NCBI GenBank assembly: GCA_015163875.1
Contig: JAAOIH010000002.1
Location: 17,574-81,573, forward strand
Origin: Bdellovibrionales bacterium
Lineage (GTDB): Bacteria > Bdellovibrionota > Bdellovibrionia > Bdellovibrionales > UBA1609
Length of the DNA: 64,000 nucleotides
Reading direction: 5' to 3'
Shown: positions 37,490-47,094 of the stretch, piece after piece
Layout of the letters: each line of letters starts with the position of its first letter
Numbering within the stretch: the first letter of the stretch is position 1
Notes under the pieces: model-generated
Databases searched by the model: none
What the model saw: only the letters and a program-made list of their open reading frames with translations
What the model was told of the DNA's origin: nothing
Made by a program: the position numbers and the translations under genes

Positions 37490-38662
37490 ATGGCTAAACT
37501 AAAATCTGTTTTTAAAATGAATCACGCACAAAAAGATGTTGGCAAATTAGCCCACGCACTGTGTGATACAATGTTAAAGGATTTAGAAGGAGCCAAAAGG
37601 CCAACACTTGAAGCAGTTAAATGTTCTTTAGATAATGCTATTTATAATTCTAAAGTTGGTTTTTTTACACCAGGGGACAAAAGGGTAAAAACAGAATTAA
37701 ATGTATCTTCTGTTCAAAAAATGGCCAGAAGTGTTTTTTTATTAGATATTTTTTTAGAAAATTTAAAAGCAGGCGGTGTTAATACAAAAAGAGAAGTTTA
37801 CTACAGAGCAAAAGGTTGGATAAAAAAAGATCCTAAATTGCGACCTATTGATTTTGAAGTACAAGAAGAAAGCGACTCTATTATTAGTTTTTTGTGTGAT
37901 GCTTTGGAGGTTTACAGAGAAGAATTAAATTGTGTTGCAAACGACAGGGGCGGACAAACTTATTCTCAACAATTAATTGTTACAGAAAACCTTCCAGATG
38001 GAACAAAAGCACATATTGATTTAGGAAGTTTAGGTACAACTCCATTTCAACCTAAAAATAGACCACAAAGTTTTTCATTAAAAATGAAATCAAAAATTAA
38101 ATTTTGTTTAGTTGTTGAGTCAGAGGGTACAGCCAACACTTTGGTTACTAACGGAATTACTAAAAGAAATAATTGCATTGTTGTTGGTGCGCAAGGTGTC
38201 CCTAGTAACGGCGTAAGAGGTTGGGTAAAAACTATTCAAGATCAATTAAAAATACCAGTATTTTTTTTCGGTGACCTTGATGCATATACTTTACAAAATA
38301 TTTATAGAACTTTAAAAAGCGGATCTGCTGCAAGCTTGATTAGAAACAAAAATTTTTGCGCACCAGATGTAAAATTTTTGGGAGTGTTGCCAGAAGATGT
38401 AAAAAAATATGATTTAGATTGTTATTCTGTTAAAGAAAAAGACGCATCAGAGGCAAGGTCATTAAAAAAAGCTAGAGACGCTTTGCAAAATGATCCATTT
38501 TTTAAAGATGCAAAAAATAAAAAACTATCACAAGTATTAAAATGGTTATTAAAAAATAAAATTCGTTGCGAACAACAGGCTTTATTTTCTGTAGACCCAA
38601 AAGACATAACAGTTCCTGAAAAAATTATTTTAGATAAAATTAAAAATAAAATATATATTTAA
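37490..38662 (+). CDS. top6A: DNA topoisomerase VI subunit A (Spo11-like)
   Basis: TKREVYY (catalytic Tyr region), TOPRIM VVESE and GDLD, C-terminal CEQQAL; adjacent to top6B. Confidence 0.9.
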   Translation: MAKLKSVFKMNHAQKDVGKLAHALCDTMLKDLEGAKRPTLEAVKCSLDNAIYNSKVGFFTPGDKRVKTELNVSSVQKMARSVFLLDIFLENLKAGGVNTKREVYYRAKGWIKKDPKLRPIDFEVQEESDSIISFLCDALEVYREELNCVANDRGGQTYSQQLIVTENLPDGTKAHIDLGSLGTTPFQPKNRPQSFSLKMKSKIKFCLVVESEGTANTLVTNGITKRNNCIVVGAQGVPSNGVRGWVKTIQDQLKIPVFFFGDLDAYTLQNIYRTLKSGSAASLIRNKNFCAPDVKFLGVLPEDVKKYDLDCYSVKEKDASEARSLKKARDALQNDPFFKDAKNKKLSQVLKWLLKNKIRCEQQALFSVDPKDITVPEKIILDKIKNKIYI

Positions 38663-38689
38663 CTTAGCTGATGAAAAGGGGGGTAGGTC

Positions 38690-40222
38690 GTGAAAGATAC
38701 TATAAAGAAATGGTTTGTAAAAGGAATTAGTATTTTAATAGTTGCTATTTTAGGATTTTATTTAAGCACACCAAAAAAAATAAGTAAAAAAAAGAAAATA
38801 AATGTTCTTTCTATATTATCACATCACAAAAAACACAAAAACACAAAAATACAAAGGCATTTAGCTATTAGTGAAGATATACCTCTATTTATCAAAAGCG
38901 AAGAGGATGATTTACTGTTAGACCTTCAAAATACAAGCGGAACAACTCACAACTTTTTAAAAAAATTTCAAACTATTATAGATAAAAGTAAAAAATCTGC
39001 TAGACAAAATGCAAATTGTTGGGGGTTGGTGCTGGAGCTGTTTGGTATTTTAAAGCGATCTAGATATGCTTCTGAAATGGAGCTTAATAACTTTTTAGTA
39101 AATCGCTGTGTTTTAGTCAAAGATGGGCGACCTAGAAAAAACGCTGTAGTTGTTATGAGAAATCCACAGAACCATGCGTATGTTGTTTTAGACAGTCATA
39201 AAATTTTAGAAAGAGAAGGCATAGGAGAGCCATATAGGTATAGATCTTCCAATAATTTTTTTAAAAACCCTAAAGAGAAATACTTAGGTATATATCGAAT
39301 AATAGAACACCTTTTTTGCAAAGAATGTAAAAAACAATGGGTTGAGTATTATTTGTGTAGTGTTAATGCTCAGAAAAAAGATGTCTTTGGTTTAGATAAA
39401 ATAAAACAATGGAATATTATTAGTTTAGCAACGGTTACTAATAAAAAAGAAATAATGGATAATTTGATAAACAGTGTTAAAAAAACTAATTTAAAAAAAT
39501 TGCCCCAGCACACTTTAAGAGATCTTATGCTAATGCTTTATTATCACTCAAACCTCTTTGCAGGTAATAAGCTTCTGAATAAGACGGACAAGCAATTAGA
39601 AGATAATTTAATAAGCAGTTTGTTAAGTTACGATAAAGTTTCTCACTTTGATTACCTTCTTTTGTTAAGGCTAGGTAGATATAAAGAACTTGCACCCATT
39701 GTTTTTAAAAAGTGGAAGCATCTAACACATGAATTTAAAGAAAATTTTTTAATGTATTCAAAAAATGTTGAAGTTAAAAAATATATTTTTTATAAATTTT
39801 TATATAAAAAGAAACATGAGTATAAAGAGGCCCTATTGCTTAACTTACTTCTTTCTTTGCAAAAATCTAGGGTTAAAACAAACATAAACAACCCTTCAGT
39901 CGAGAATAACTTTGGTTTTGAAAAAAAAAGTAGTAAATTTTATTTTGATATATTGTATAGTTTTAAAGAGTTAAAAGTAAATGATGCTTATACTGCTAGG
40001 CTGTATAATAGGCTTATTATATTTAGCTTAGATGTGGACACATATGTACAGGATATAAATTTCCTTAAGAAAAAGAAGAAAGAGTTAAAAGATTTACAAA
40101 TTAAATTAGATAAAGTATTTGTTAATGACCACTCCTTAAAAAATTTTTTAGATTATGAGATTAATGTTGTACAAAAAGGCATAGAAAATTTAAAACAACA
40201 AAAAATATTTAAAAAGAATTAA
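38690..40222 (+). CDS. Membrane-anchored hypothetical protein with a possible NlpC/P60-like Cys-His domain
   Basis: N-terminal TM segment; NANCWG and HAYVVLD motifs; GTG start. The fold assignment is inference. Confidence 0.5.
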   Translation: MKDTIKKWFVKGISILIVAILGFYLSTPKKISKKKKINVLSILSHHKKHKNTKIQRHLAISEDIPLFIKSEEDDLLLDLQNTSGTTHNFLKKFQTIIDKSKKSARQNANCWGLVLELFGILKRSRYASEMELNNFLVNRCVLVKDGRPRKNAVVVMRNPQNHAYVVLDSHKILEREGIGEPYRYRSSNNFFKNPKEKYLGIYRIIEHLFCKECKKQWVEYYLCSVNAQKKDVFGLDKIKQWNIISLATVTNKKEIMDNLINSVKKTNLKKLPQHTLRDLMLMLYYHSNLFAGNKLLNKTDKQLEDNLISSLLSYDKVSHFDYLLLLRLGRYKELAPIVFKKWKHLTHEFKENFLMYSKNVEVKKYIFYKFLYKKKHEYKEALLLNLLLSLQKSRVKTNINNPSVENNFGFEKKSSKFYFDILYSFKELKVNDAYTARLYNRLIIFSLDVDTYVQDINFLKKKKKELKDLQIKLDKVFVNDHSLKNFLDYEINVVQKGIENLKQQKIFKKN

Positions 40223-40228
40223 CCAAAA

Positions 40229-41644
40229 ATGATTTTAACTAGTTTTTTATTTTGTATGGCAATTTTTGCTTTAATTGGAATTTTAGCAAGTCACAAAAGC
40301 AAAGCTTCTTCTGAAGATTATTTGCTAGCAAGTAATACTATACCAGCAAGTATTTCTGCACTGTCTATGATGTCGTCTAAATTTAGTGGATACATGTTTA
40401 TTGGTTTTATTGGCTTTGTATATTTAAAAGGATTTTCTGGAATTTTATTAGCAGCAGGCTTAGTTGCTGGAGATTTTATAGGGCTTCATTTATTTTCTAA
40501 TAAAATAAAACAACTACATAATAAATATAAATCTTTAAGTTATGAAGATTTAATTTCACAAAGAGCGTCTGGAGTGTATAAAAAATTACGCTTTGTTCTT
40601 GCAAGCTTAATACTTATTTTATTAAGTATTTATATTTCTGCACAATTAAAGGCCAGCAGCAAAGCCATTCATGGAATTTTAGACTGGCCAGAAAACTCTG
40701 GAATTTTTATTTGTGCAGCTTTTGTATTATTTTATAGCTGGTCTGGAGGAATTAGAGCCTCTATGTGGACAGACGCAATTCAATCTATACTTATGATTGT
40801 TTCAGCAATTGCTTTAGGAATTTATTCTATTGTGCATTTGGGAGGAATCCATAATTTTTTTATTCAAGCAAATTCAATATCTGAAAGTTATTTTTCTATT
40901 TTTAAAAGTAATATTTCTATTGGAGGGGTAGAGGGGATATTAATATTTTCAATTGGATGGCTATTTGGTGGCTTTGCTATTTTAGGACAACCCCATGCAA
41001 TGATAAGAATTTTGGCATTAAATAATATTAAAAATTTAAAAAGTATGAAAAAATATTATTATTTATCTAGTTTAATTTTATTAATTGCTTTATTTATTGT
41101 AGGAATATCTTGCAGATTAATTTTAAAACAAAATGGACTAGATGGTTTTGATCCAGAAATGGCATTACCTCTTTTGTCTTTACAATTAATGCCATCTATT
41201 TTTGTAGGTATTATTTTGGCAGGAATATTTGCAGCAGTAATGTCAACAGTGGACTCACAAATTCTTAGTTGCTCGGCTGCAGTATCACAAAGTTTGACTA
41301 AAAATAAAACCAGTTATTTTTTTAATAAAGTAGTAACGGTTGTTTTAATTATATTAACATCACTAATGGCATTATTTGCAACTGGAAGCGTTTTTGATTT
41401 AGTAGTTTTTGCTTATGCTATTTTAGGCGTAACACTTGGAACAGCTATTATTATACAAGTTATATTTCCAAAAATGAAAGAGTCTATTTGTTTAGCAATT
41501 GTTATTTTATCAGGAATGAGCTCGGTTGTATGGGTGCTTGCTGGCTATAAAAGTATTGCCACAGAGTCTTTAATTGGTTTTGTAGTAAGTTTTACACTAA
41601 TGATTTTTTATAAAATATTTTGCCTATTTAAAAAAACTAAATAA
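40229..41644 (+). CDS. Sodium:solute symporter (PutP-like)
   Basis: DYLLA, FSGYMFIG, YSWSGG..ASMWTDAIQ, GQPH..R, AAVMSTVDSQ. Confidence 0.9.
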   Translation: MILTSFLFCMAIFALIGILASHKSKASSEDYLLASNTIPASISALSMMSSKFSGYMFIGFIGFVYLKGFSGILLAAGLVAGDFIGLHLFSNKIKQLHNKYKSLSYEDLISQRASGVYKKLRFVLASLILILLSIYISAQLKASSKAIHGILDWPENSGIFICAAFVLFYSWSGGIRASMWTDAIQSILMIVSAIALGIYSIVHLGGIHNFFIQANSISESYFSIFKSNISIGGVEGILIFSIGWLFGGFAILGQPHAMIRILALNNIKNLKSMKKYYYLSSLILLIALFIVGISCRLILKQNGLDGFDPEMALPLLSLQLMPSIFVGIILAGIFAAVMSTVDSQILSCSAAVSQSLTKNKTSYFFNKVVTVVLIILTSLMALFATGSVFDLVVFAYAILGVTLGTAIIIQVIFPKMKESICLAIVILSGMSSVVWVLAGYKSIATESLIGFVVSFTLMIFYKIFCLFKKTK

Positions 41645-41671
41645 AAAAATTAAAAAAACTAAATAAAAAAA
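41628..41671. repeat. 22-bp tandem duplication containing the symporter stop codon
   Basis: TTAAAAAAACTAAATAAAAAAA x2; it makes up the whole spacer between the convergent genes. Confidence 0.85.
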
Positions 41672-43180
41672 TTAAAAAATACCGCGATTGTCAGCGCTGC
41701 TATTTTTAATTTTTTTAATATCTACAACAACATTAAGCTGTCCAACTTCTTCTGCAGTAAGCTCTGGCAATCTTTGTACTAAATTTAAAAATCTTGTAGA
41801 TTCTTCTTCAGTAATAATATCTTTTGTTAAATTTTTAAATTTATTAATATAATTTTCTCTAACAAAAGGTTTTGCTCCGGCTGGGTGGGCATTAGCTAGT
41901 GCCATTTCGTCTTCTACCTTACTGCCGTCATTCATATGTATTACAATTTTAGCACCAAATGCTTTTTTTTGTGGATCAATTTCGTGATAACGCTTAGTCC
42001 ATAAAGGATCTTCTACGGTGCTAATTTTTTTCCACAACTCTATAGTTTCTTTTCGGCCTGCTCTTTCTGGAGCATAGCTATTTACATGATGCCAAGCCCC
42101 GTCTTCTAAAGCCACTGCAAAAATATACATAATACTATGATCTAAAGTTTCTCGACTTGCAGTTGGCGAAAATTTTTCAGGATCACCAGATCCTGTTCCA
42201 ATAACATAATGAGTATGATGACTTGTATGAATAACAATCTTGTTTATATCAGAAAAATTTTTAATTTTTGTTCTCATTTTACAAGCTAAATCAATTAAAG
42301 CTTGAGATTGATATTCAGCAGAATGTTCTTTTGTGTAAGATTCTAAAATAACTTTTTGCTCTTCGCCTTTTTCTGGAAGTTCGACATTGTAGGTAGCATC
42401 TGGACCATCTAACATCCAAGCAATAACACTATCTTCGCCTTCATAAATAGGTGACGGAGATTTTTCACCTCTCATTGCTCTATCAACAGCTTCGATTCCT
42501 AATTTTGCAGAGTACCCAGGGACATAAGCCTTCCAACTAGAAATTTCTCCTTTTCTAGATTGCCTTGTGCTAAAAGAAGTATGAACAGCTTGCCCGATAG
42601 ATTGATAAATAGTTTGTGTATCTAAATTTAAAAGTCTGCCAATTCCTGCAGCAGTTGCGGGGCAAAGATGAGCCATGTGATCAATTTTATGTTTATGCAA
42701 ACAAATAGCTTTTACTAAATTAATATGAACTTCATAAGCAGTTACAATTCCAGAAAGTAATTGCTCGCCAGTACATTTTTTTTGTTGAGCCACAGCAATA
42801 AGCGGTGGAATATTGTCCCCAGGGTGAGAGTAATCTGCGGCTAAAAAAGTATCATGATAATCTAACTCTCTTACGGCAGTGGAGTTAGCCCAAGCCGCCC
42901 ACTCCGCACAAACTTTAGTTTTATCACTTAACCCAAAAATTAATGCACCATCTTTTTTTGGATGACTTAAAGCCTGCGATCTTGCGTTACTAACCGGAAG
43001 CCTATTAATAGATGCTATTGCAACAGAGGCGTTATCAATAATGCGATTAATAACCATGTCTGACACTTGGCTTTTTATTGGAAATTTTTCTGAAGCAATT
43101 TCAGCTATTTTCCAAGCCAATTGTTTGCTTTGTGAAAGCTGTTCTTTGGAGGGGTAAACTTTTACTATATGTGTTTGCAT
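41672..43180 (-). CDS. prpD: MmgE/PrpD family protein (2-methylcitrate dehydratase-like)
   Basis: [47 protein letters not shown]. Confidence 0.88.
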   Translation of the reverse strand: MQTHIVKVYPSKEQLSQSKQLAWKIAEIASEKFPIKSQVSDMVINRIIDNASVAIASINRLPVSNARSQALSHPKKDGALIFGLSDKTKVCAEWAAWANSTAVRELDYHDTFLAADYSHPGDNIPPLIAVAQQKKCTGEQLLSGIVTAYEVHINLVKAICLHKHKIDHMAHLCPATAAGIGRLLNLDTQTIYQSIGQAVHTSFSTRQSRKGEISSWKAYVPGYSAKLGIEAVDRAMRGEKSPSPIYEGEDSVIAWMLDGPDATYNVELPEKGEEQKVILESYTKEHSAEYQSQALIDLACKMRTKIKNFSDINKIVIHTSHHTHYVIGTGSGDPEKFSPTASRETLDHSIMYIFAVALEDGAWHHVNSYAPERAGRKETIELWKKISTVEDPLWTKRYHEIDPQKKAFGAKIVIHMNDGSKVEDEMALANAHPAGAKPFVRENYINKFKNLTKDIITEEESTRFLNLVQRLPELTAEEVGQLNVVVDIKKIKNSSADNRGIF

Positions 43181-43201
43181 AATCTATAATAATTTTAAAA
43201 A

Positions 43202-43396
43202 TTATACTTCAGAATTTTTTTCAGAATTTTCATTTTTTGCATTCATATCAGAAGATTTTTCTTTGCCATCAAGCCCTTTTCTAAAACCTCTAATAGCTTC
43301 TCCAATAGATTTTCCAAGTTGAGGAATTCTTTTTGGCCCAAAAATTAAAATCACAACTGCAATAATTAAAATAATTTGTGGAACAGATAAGCCCAT
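43202..43396 (-). CDS. tatA: Twin-arginine translocase TatA/TatE
   Basis: LIFGPKRIPQLGKSIGEAIRGFRK. Confidence 0.93.
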   Translation of the reverse strand: MGLSVPQIILIIAVVILIFGPKRIPQLGKSIGEAIRGFRKGLDGKEKSSDMNAKNENSEKNSEV

Positions 43397-43477
43397 AAAA
43401 ACTCCTTGTATTTTTAATACTTATTGTTTTTGTATGAGTGTTTTGTATCAAAGCTTAGCGGATAAGTCCAATTCCAT

Positions 43478-44623
43478 TTAAGTTTTTTGTAGCCTATTTT
43501 GTGATAGCCAAAAACTTTTAGCCTCAGTGTTTAATAAATCAAACTGTAATGCCATTTTAATAGCAAGTTTAACGGTTTTTCGATGAATTATTGTATGTAA
43601 TTCATGTGGAGTGTAATTGGGGGCTTGGTTTAAAGCTACCTGTAGCTTTAAGGCTTTTAGTATATTTTCTTGCTCGTATTTAAAACAACCCCACTCTTGA
43701 GAAAGCATAGTGCCAAATTGTGCATTAAGCTCCACTAAACTTTTTTTAGACAGTAACGCAATAGTTTGTTCATAATAAGGATTTTCATAAACATAGGCAA
43801 AAAATAATTTAGCAAATAGCTCTTCTGGTTTAATTTCGTCACTATAAAAATCTTGAGTTTTTAAAAATAAAAATGTGGAAGATTTGTACATAAAATGTTT
43901 AAAATCTTTATTTAAACTTGGACTAATTACTTTTAAAACTCCCAAGTCATGACAAGTTATAAAAGCTAAAGACGGGTCAGATAATTTTAAAAATTTTAAT
44001 AATTCCTCTCTAACTCTAGATAAAGGAGATTGTTTTAACAGAGCAGAGTGTTTAATAATTGCAAATTTTATACAAGAGTCTAAATCAAAATGAATTTTAT
44101 GAGTAAGCCTAATAGCTCTTAATATTCTAATTGGATCTTCAAACATTCTAACAATAGGGTCGCCTATCATTTTTATCTTACCTTTTTTTAAATCATCTAA
44201 AGCATTGGTGTAATCAAGTAATTCTTTTTTAATTGGATTATACAACAACGCGTTTATTGTAAAATCCCTTCTTAAAGCATCTTCTTCTGGAGTTCCAAAT
44301 GTATTATCCTCACCTAAAAGCTCTGTGTTTTGATTTTGATTTTGCTGCCTAAATGTACTAATTTCGTATTGTTGATTTTTTCTTTGAGCAAGAACTAATT
44401 TAAATCTTTTTCCAATAATGTAAGCTCTAGGTATATTTTTACGAATTTCTGTAGGAGTTGCAGATGTAACAATGTCAAAATCCTTAGGTTTTTGCCCAAG
44501 CAATATATCTCTAATACAGCCTCCAACTAAAAAACACGCAAAACCTTTGTCATTTAGTTTTTTTATAATTTCTACTGCATCTTTTGGAATAAGTTTGTGG
44601 TTAATTTTATTTGATATACCCAT
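43478..44623 (-). CDS. pcnB: Poly(A) polymerase I-like nucleotidyltransferase
   Basis: LVGGCIRD, PKDFDI, PAP signature IIGKRFKL, DALRRDFTINAL, EDPIRILRA. Confidence 0.82.
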   Translation of the reverse strand: MGISNKINHKLIPKDAVEIIKKLNDKGFACFLVGGCIRDILLGQKPKDFDIVTSATPTEIRKNIPRAYIIGKRFKLVLAQRKNQQYEISTFRQQNQNQNTELLGEDNTFGTPEEDALRRDFTINALLYNPIKKELLDYTNALDDLKKGKIKMIGDPIVRMFEDPIRILRAIRLTHKIHFDLDSCIKFAIIKHSALLKQSPLSRVREELLKFLKLSDPSLAFITCHDLGVLKVISPSLNKDFKHFMYKSSTFLFLKTQDFYSDEIKPEELFAKLFFAYVYENPYYEQTIALLSKKSLVELNAQFGTMLSQEWGCFKYEQENILKALKLQVALNQAPNYTPHELHTIIHRKTVKLAIKMALQFDLLNTEAKSFWLSQNRLQKT

Positions 44624-44722
44624 GATTTAAATGTACTTTTTATGTGCTGGTATTTCGGTATTACAATAAAAATATCTATCACGAATTACCCACTAGGTCT
44701 AGGCTGTCTTTTAGAGGTGCTT

Positions 44723-45547
44723 ATGAAACAATCTACAGAGTTAACTTTAGATAATTGGAATTATAAAATTATAGGAAAAAAATCAGCGCCTAAAATAGTT
44801 TTTTTACACGGAATAATGGGGTCTTTAAGCAACTGGCTAAAGGTTTCGGCATATTTTAAATCAAATTTTGAAATCTTGCTTTTTGATCAACGGGGTCACG
44901 GACGAAGCTTTCACGGAAACTCTTACAAACTTGCAGATTATGCAAAAGATTTAGAATTTATAACTAATAAAATAGGCTGGGATAAATTTCATTTAGTAGG
45001 ACACTCATCTGGAGGTGTTGTAGCTTGTGAGTATAGCGCAACTTATCCAAACAAGATTTTATCATTATGTATTGAAGATGTTAGTATGGAGCCTAGTAAA
45101 AATATTGGCAAAAGAATAGAAAAAATATTGTTATCTATTCCCACGCCATTTAAAGATAAGCTAAGTTATGAAAAATTTTTTACAGAAAAAGTACCGTCTT
45201 TAACAGAAAATTTTTTTCAATCTAAATTCTTAGAAAGATTTTTAGCTATGAATATTACTGAAGATAAAAATGGCGAAAAAAATTGGAGATTTCATAGAGA
45301 CGGGATAATAGAAAGCGTAAGGGAATCCAGGGCGGTGTCTCTTTACCCTAAATATTTTAACATTAGCTGCCCTATTTTAATAATTAGAGGAAGTAAATCA
45401 GAACATTTGCCTCCCGAAGAATATAAAAAAATGCTTACTCATAAAAATGCACAAGGCGTTGAATTTTTAAGTGGCCATGCGGTTCATATTGAACAGTGCG
45501 AGGGATTTTCAAAAGCTTTGCTCGACTTTATTAATGGACTGTGCTAG
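44723..45547 (+). CDS. Alpha/beta hydrolase (YbfF-like esterase)
   Basis: FLHG, DQRGHGRS, GHSSGG nucleophile elbow, GHAVH; start placed at ATG 44723 after GAGG. Confidence 0.88.
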   Translation: MKQSTELTLDNWNYKIIGKKSAPKIVFLHGIMGSLSNWLKVSAYFKSNFEILLFDQRGHGRSFHGNSYKLADYAKDLEFITNKIGWDKFHLVGHSSGGVVACEYSATYPNKILSLCIEDVSMEPSKNIGKRIEKILLSIPTPFKDKLSYEKFFTEKVPSLTENFFQSKFLERFLAMNITEDKNGEKNWRFHRDGIIESVRESRAVSLYPKYFNISCPILIIRGSKSEHLPPEEYKKMLTHKNAQGVEFLSGHAVHIEQCEGFSKALLDFINGLC

Positions 45548-45558
45548 TTAAGTCTTGT

Positions 45559-47067
45559 ATGAGTTTTTCTTCACTGGGCCTTCATTCTGATCTTTTAGAA
45601 AACTTAAAAGCTAAAGGTTTTGATACACCAACACCAATTCAAGTTTCATCTTTACCATTAGTTATTAAAGGAAAAGATGTAGCAGGCCTTGCTCGAACTG
45701 GAACTGGAAAAACTGCAGCATTTGTTTTGCCACTAATTCATAGAATTTTAAACAGTCGCGCTAATGACGAAAGTTTAAAACAAGAAAGTTTTGCCAGGTG
45801 GACAGATAAATCATATATTTTAATTTTAGTTCCCACTAGAGAATTAGCATTTCAAGTTCAAGATAATATTAACGAATTTAGCCCAACATTAAATATTGAA
45901 TCTGCAGTCTTTGTTGGAGGCTTGCCAATTGAAAAAGATGTAGAGGCATTGAGTAAAAATTTAGATTTTATTATTGCAACCCCAGGACGATTAATTGATT
46001 TATATAAAAATCATAATTTACACTTAGGACAAGTAGAGGCAGTAGTTTTAGACGAAGCAGACAGATTGTTTGATATGGGCTTTGCAGATGATGTAAAATA
46101 TATTTTAACTAGAATTCCAAAACATCGTCAGTTTTTATTATTTAGCGCCACTTTAAGTTTAGAAGCTTTGTATATGGGCTATGAGTTTGGAGCACAGCCT
46201 GTAGAATTAAGCGATAGCAAAAAAGAAATTCAAAAAGATTTAATAGAAGAATCGCTGTATCATATTTCTCGTCCAGAAAAATCTACTTACTTACTGTCTT
46301 TATTAAAAAGTAAATCATGGCGACAAGCTATTGTGTTTAGTAATTATAAAAATCAAATTTTAGATTTAGAAGTTTTTTTAGGTGCAAACGGAATTAAAAG
46401 CTTAGGCTTATCAAGTGTGTTAACACAAGCTAAGCGAAATAAAGTAATTACAGAATTTAAATCTTGCGAAAACAAAGTTGTATTAATTGCAACCGATGTT
46501 GCAGCTAGGGGTTTAGATATCGAGGGAGTTGATTTAGTTATTAATTACGACATACCTCAAAATTCTGATTCGTATATTCACAGAATCGGCAGAACAGGAA
46601 GAGCCGGAAGAAAGGGCGAAGCCATTAGCCTTGTAAGTGACAAAGATGCAGAGTGGTTAGTTAAACTAGAAGAAGATTTAAAAATAAAAATTTCTATTGG
46701 CTGGATTGAGGACAAAGATTTACTTAAAGATTTTGTAGAATTTAAAAGCTTAGCATTTATGGATTCTTCAACTCATCACAGTAAGCATATTTCTCAATCA
46801 AGAAGATCTGCGCAAGGCAAAGACAATCTTAAAAAATTTGTTCCATCTAAAAATACAAAAGATAGTCAGTCTTTAAAAAATATAAAAAGCAAAAAAGTAG
46901 TTGCTAAAAAATTTGTGGCATCTAAAAAATTTAAACCCAGCAAACAAACAAAGCAAAAATCTTCATCTTTTAAAATTATTAAAGGGTCTAAGCGCTCATT
47001 TAGAAGGGGAGGGGCTGCTAAATCTTCTTCTGGGGTTTTGTCAAAAATTGCATCTTGGTTTAAATAA
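45559..47067 (+). CDS. DEAD-box RNA helicase with basic C-terminal tail
   Basis: Q-motif PTPIQ, GTGKT, PTRELA, TPGRL, DEAD, SAT, HRIGRTGRAG; start either GTG 45541 or ATG 45559. Confidence 0.94.
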   Translation: MSFSSLGLHSDLLENLKAKGFDTPTPIQVSSLPLVIKGKDVAGLARTGTGKTAAFVLPLIHRILNSRANDESLKQESFARWTDKSYILILVPTRELAFQVQDNINEFSPTLNIESAVFVGGLPIEKDVEALSKNLDFIIATPGRLIDLYKNHNLHLGQVEAVVLDEADRLFDMGFADDVKYILTRIPKHRQFLLFSATLSLEALYMGYEFGAQPVELSDSKKEIQKDLIEESLYHISRPEKSTYLLSLLKSKSWRQAIVFSNYKNQILDLEVFLGANGIKSLGLSSVLTQAKRNKVITEFKSCENKVVLIATDVAARGLDIEGVDLVINYDIPQNSDSYIHRIGRTGRAGRKGEAISLVSDKDAEWLVKLEEDLKIKISIGWIEDKDLLKDFVEFKSLAFMDSSTHHSKHISQSRRSAQGKDNLKKFVPSKNTKDSQSLKNIKSKKVVAKKFVASKKFKPSKQTKQKSSSFKIIKGSKRSFRRGGAAKSSSGVLSKIASWFK

Positions 47068-47094
47068 TCAGACTTATCAAACTGGTATGCAACA

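Noticed and set aside
41672-43180. Orphan prpD as a sign of a novel pathway
   Set aside because: prpB and prpC may simply lie outside the window, and nothing in the sequence indicates a new function.
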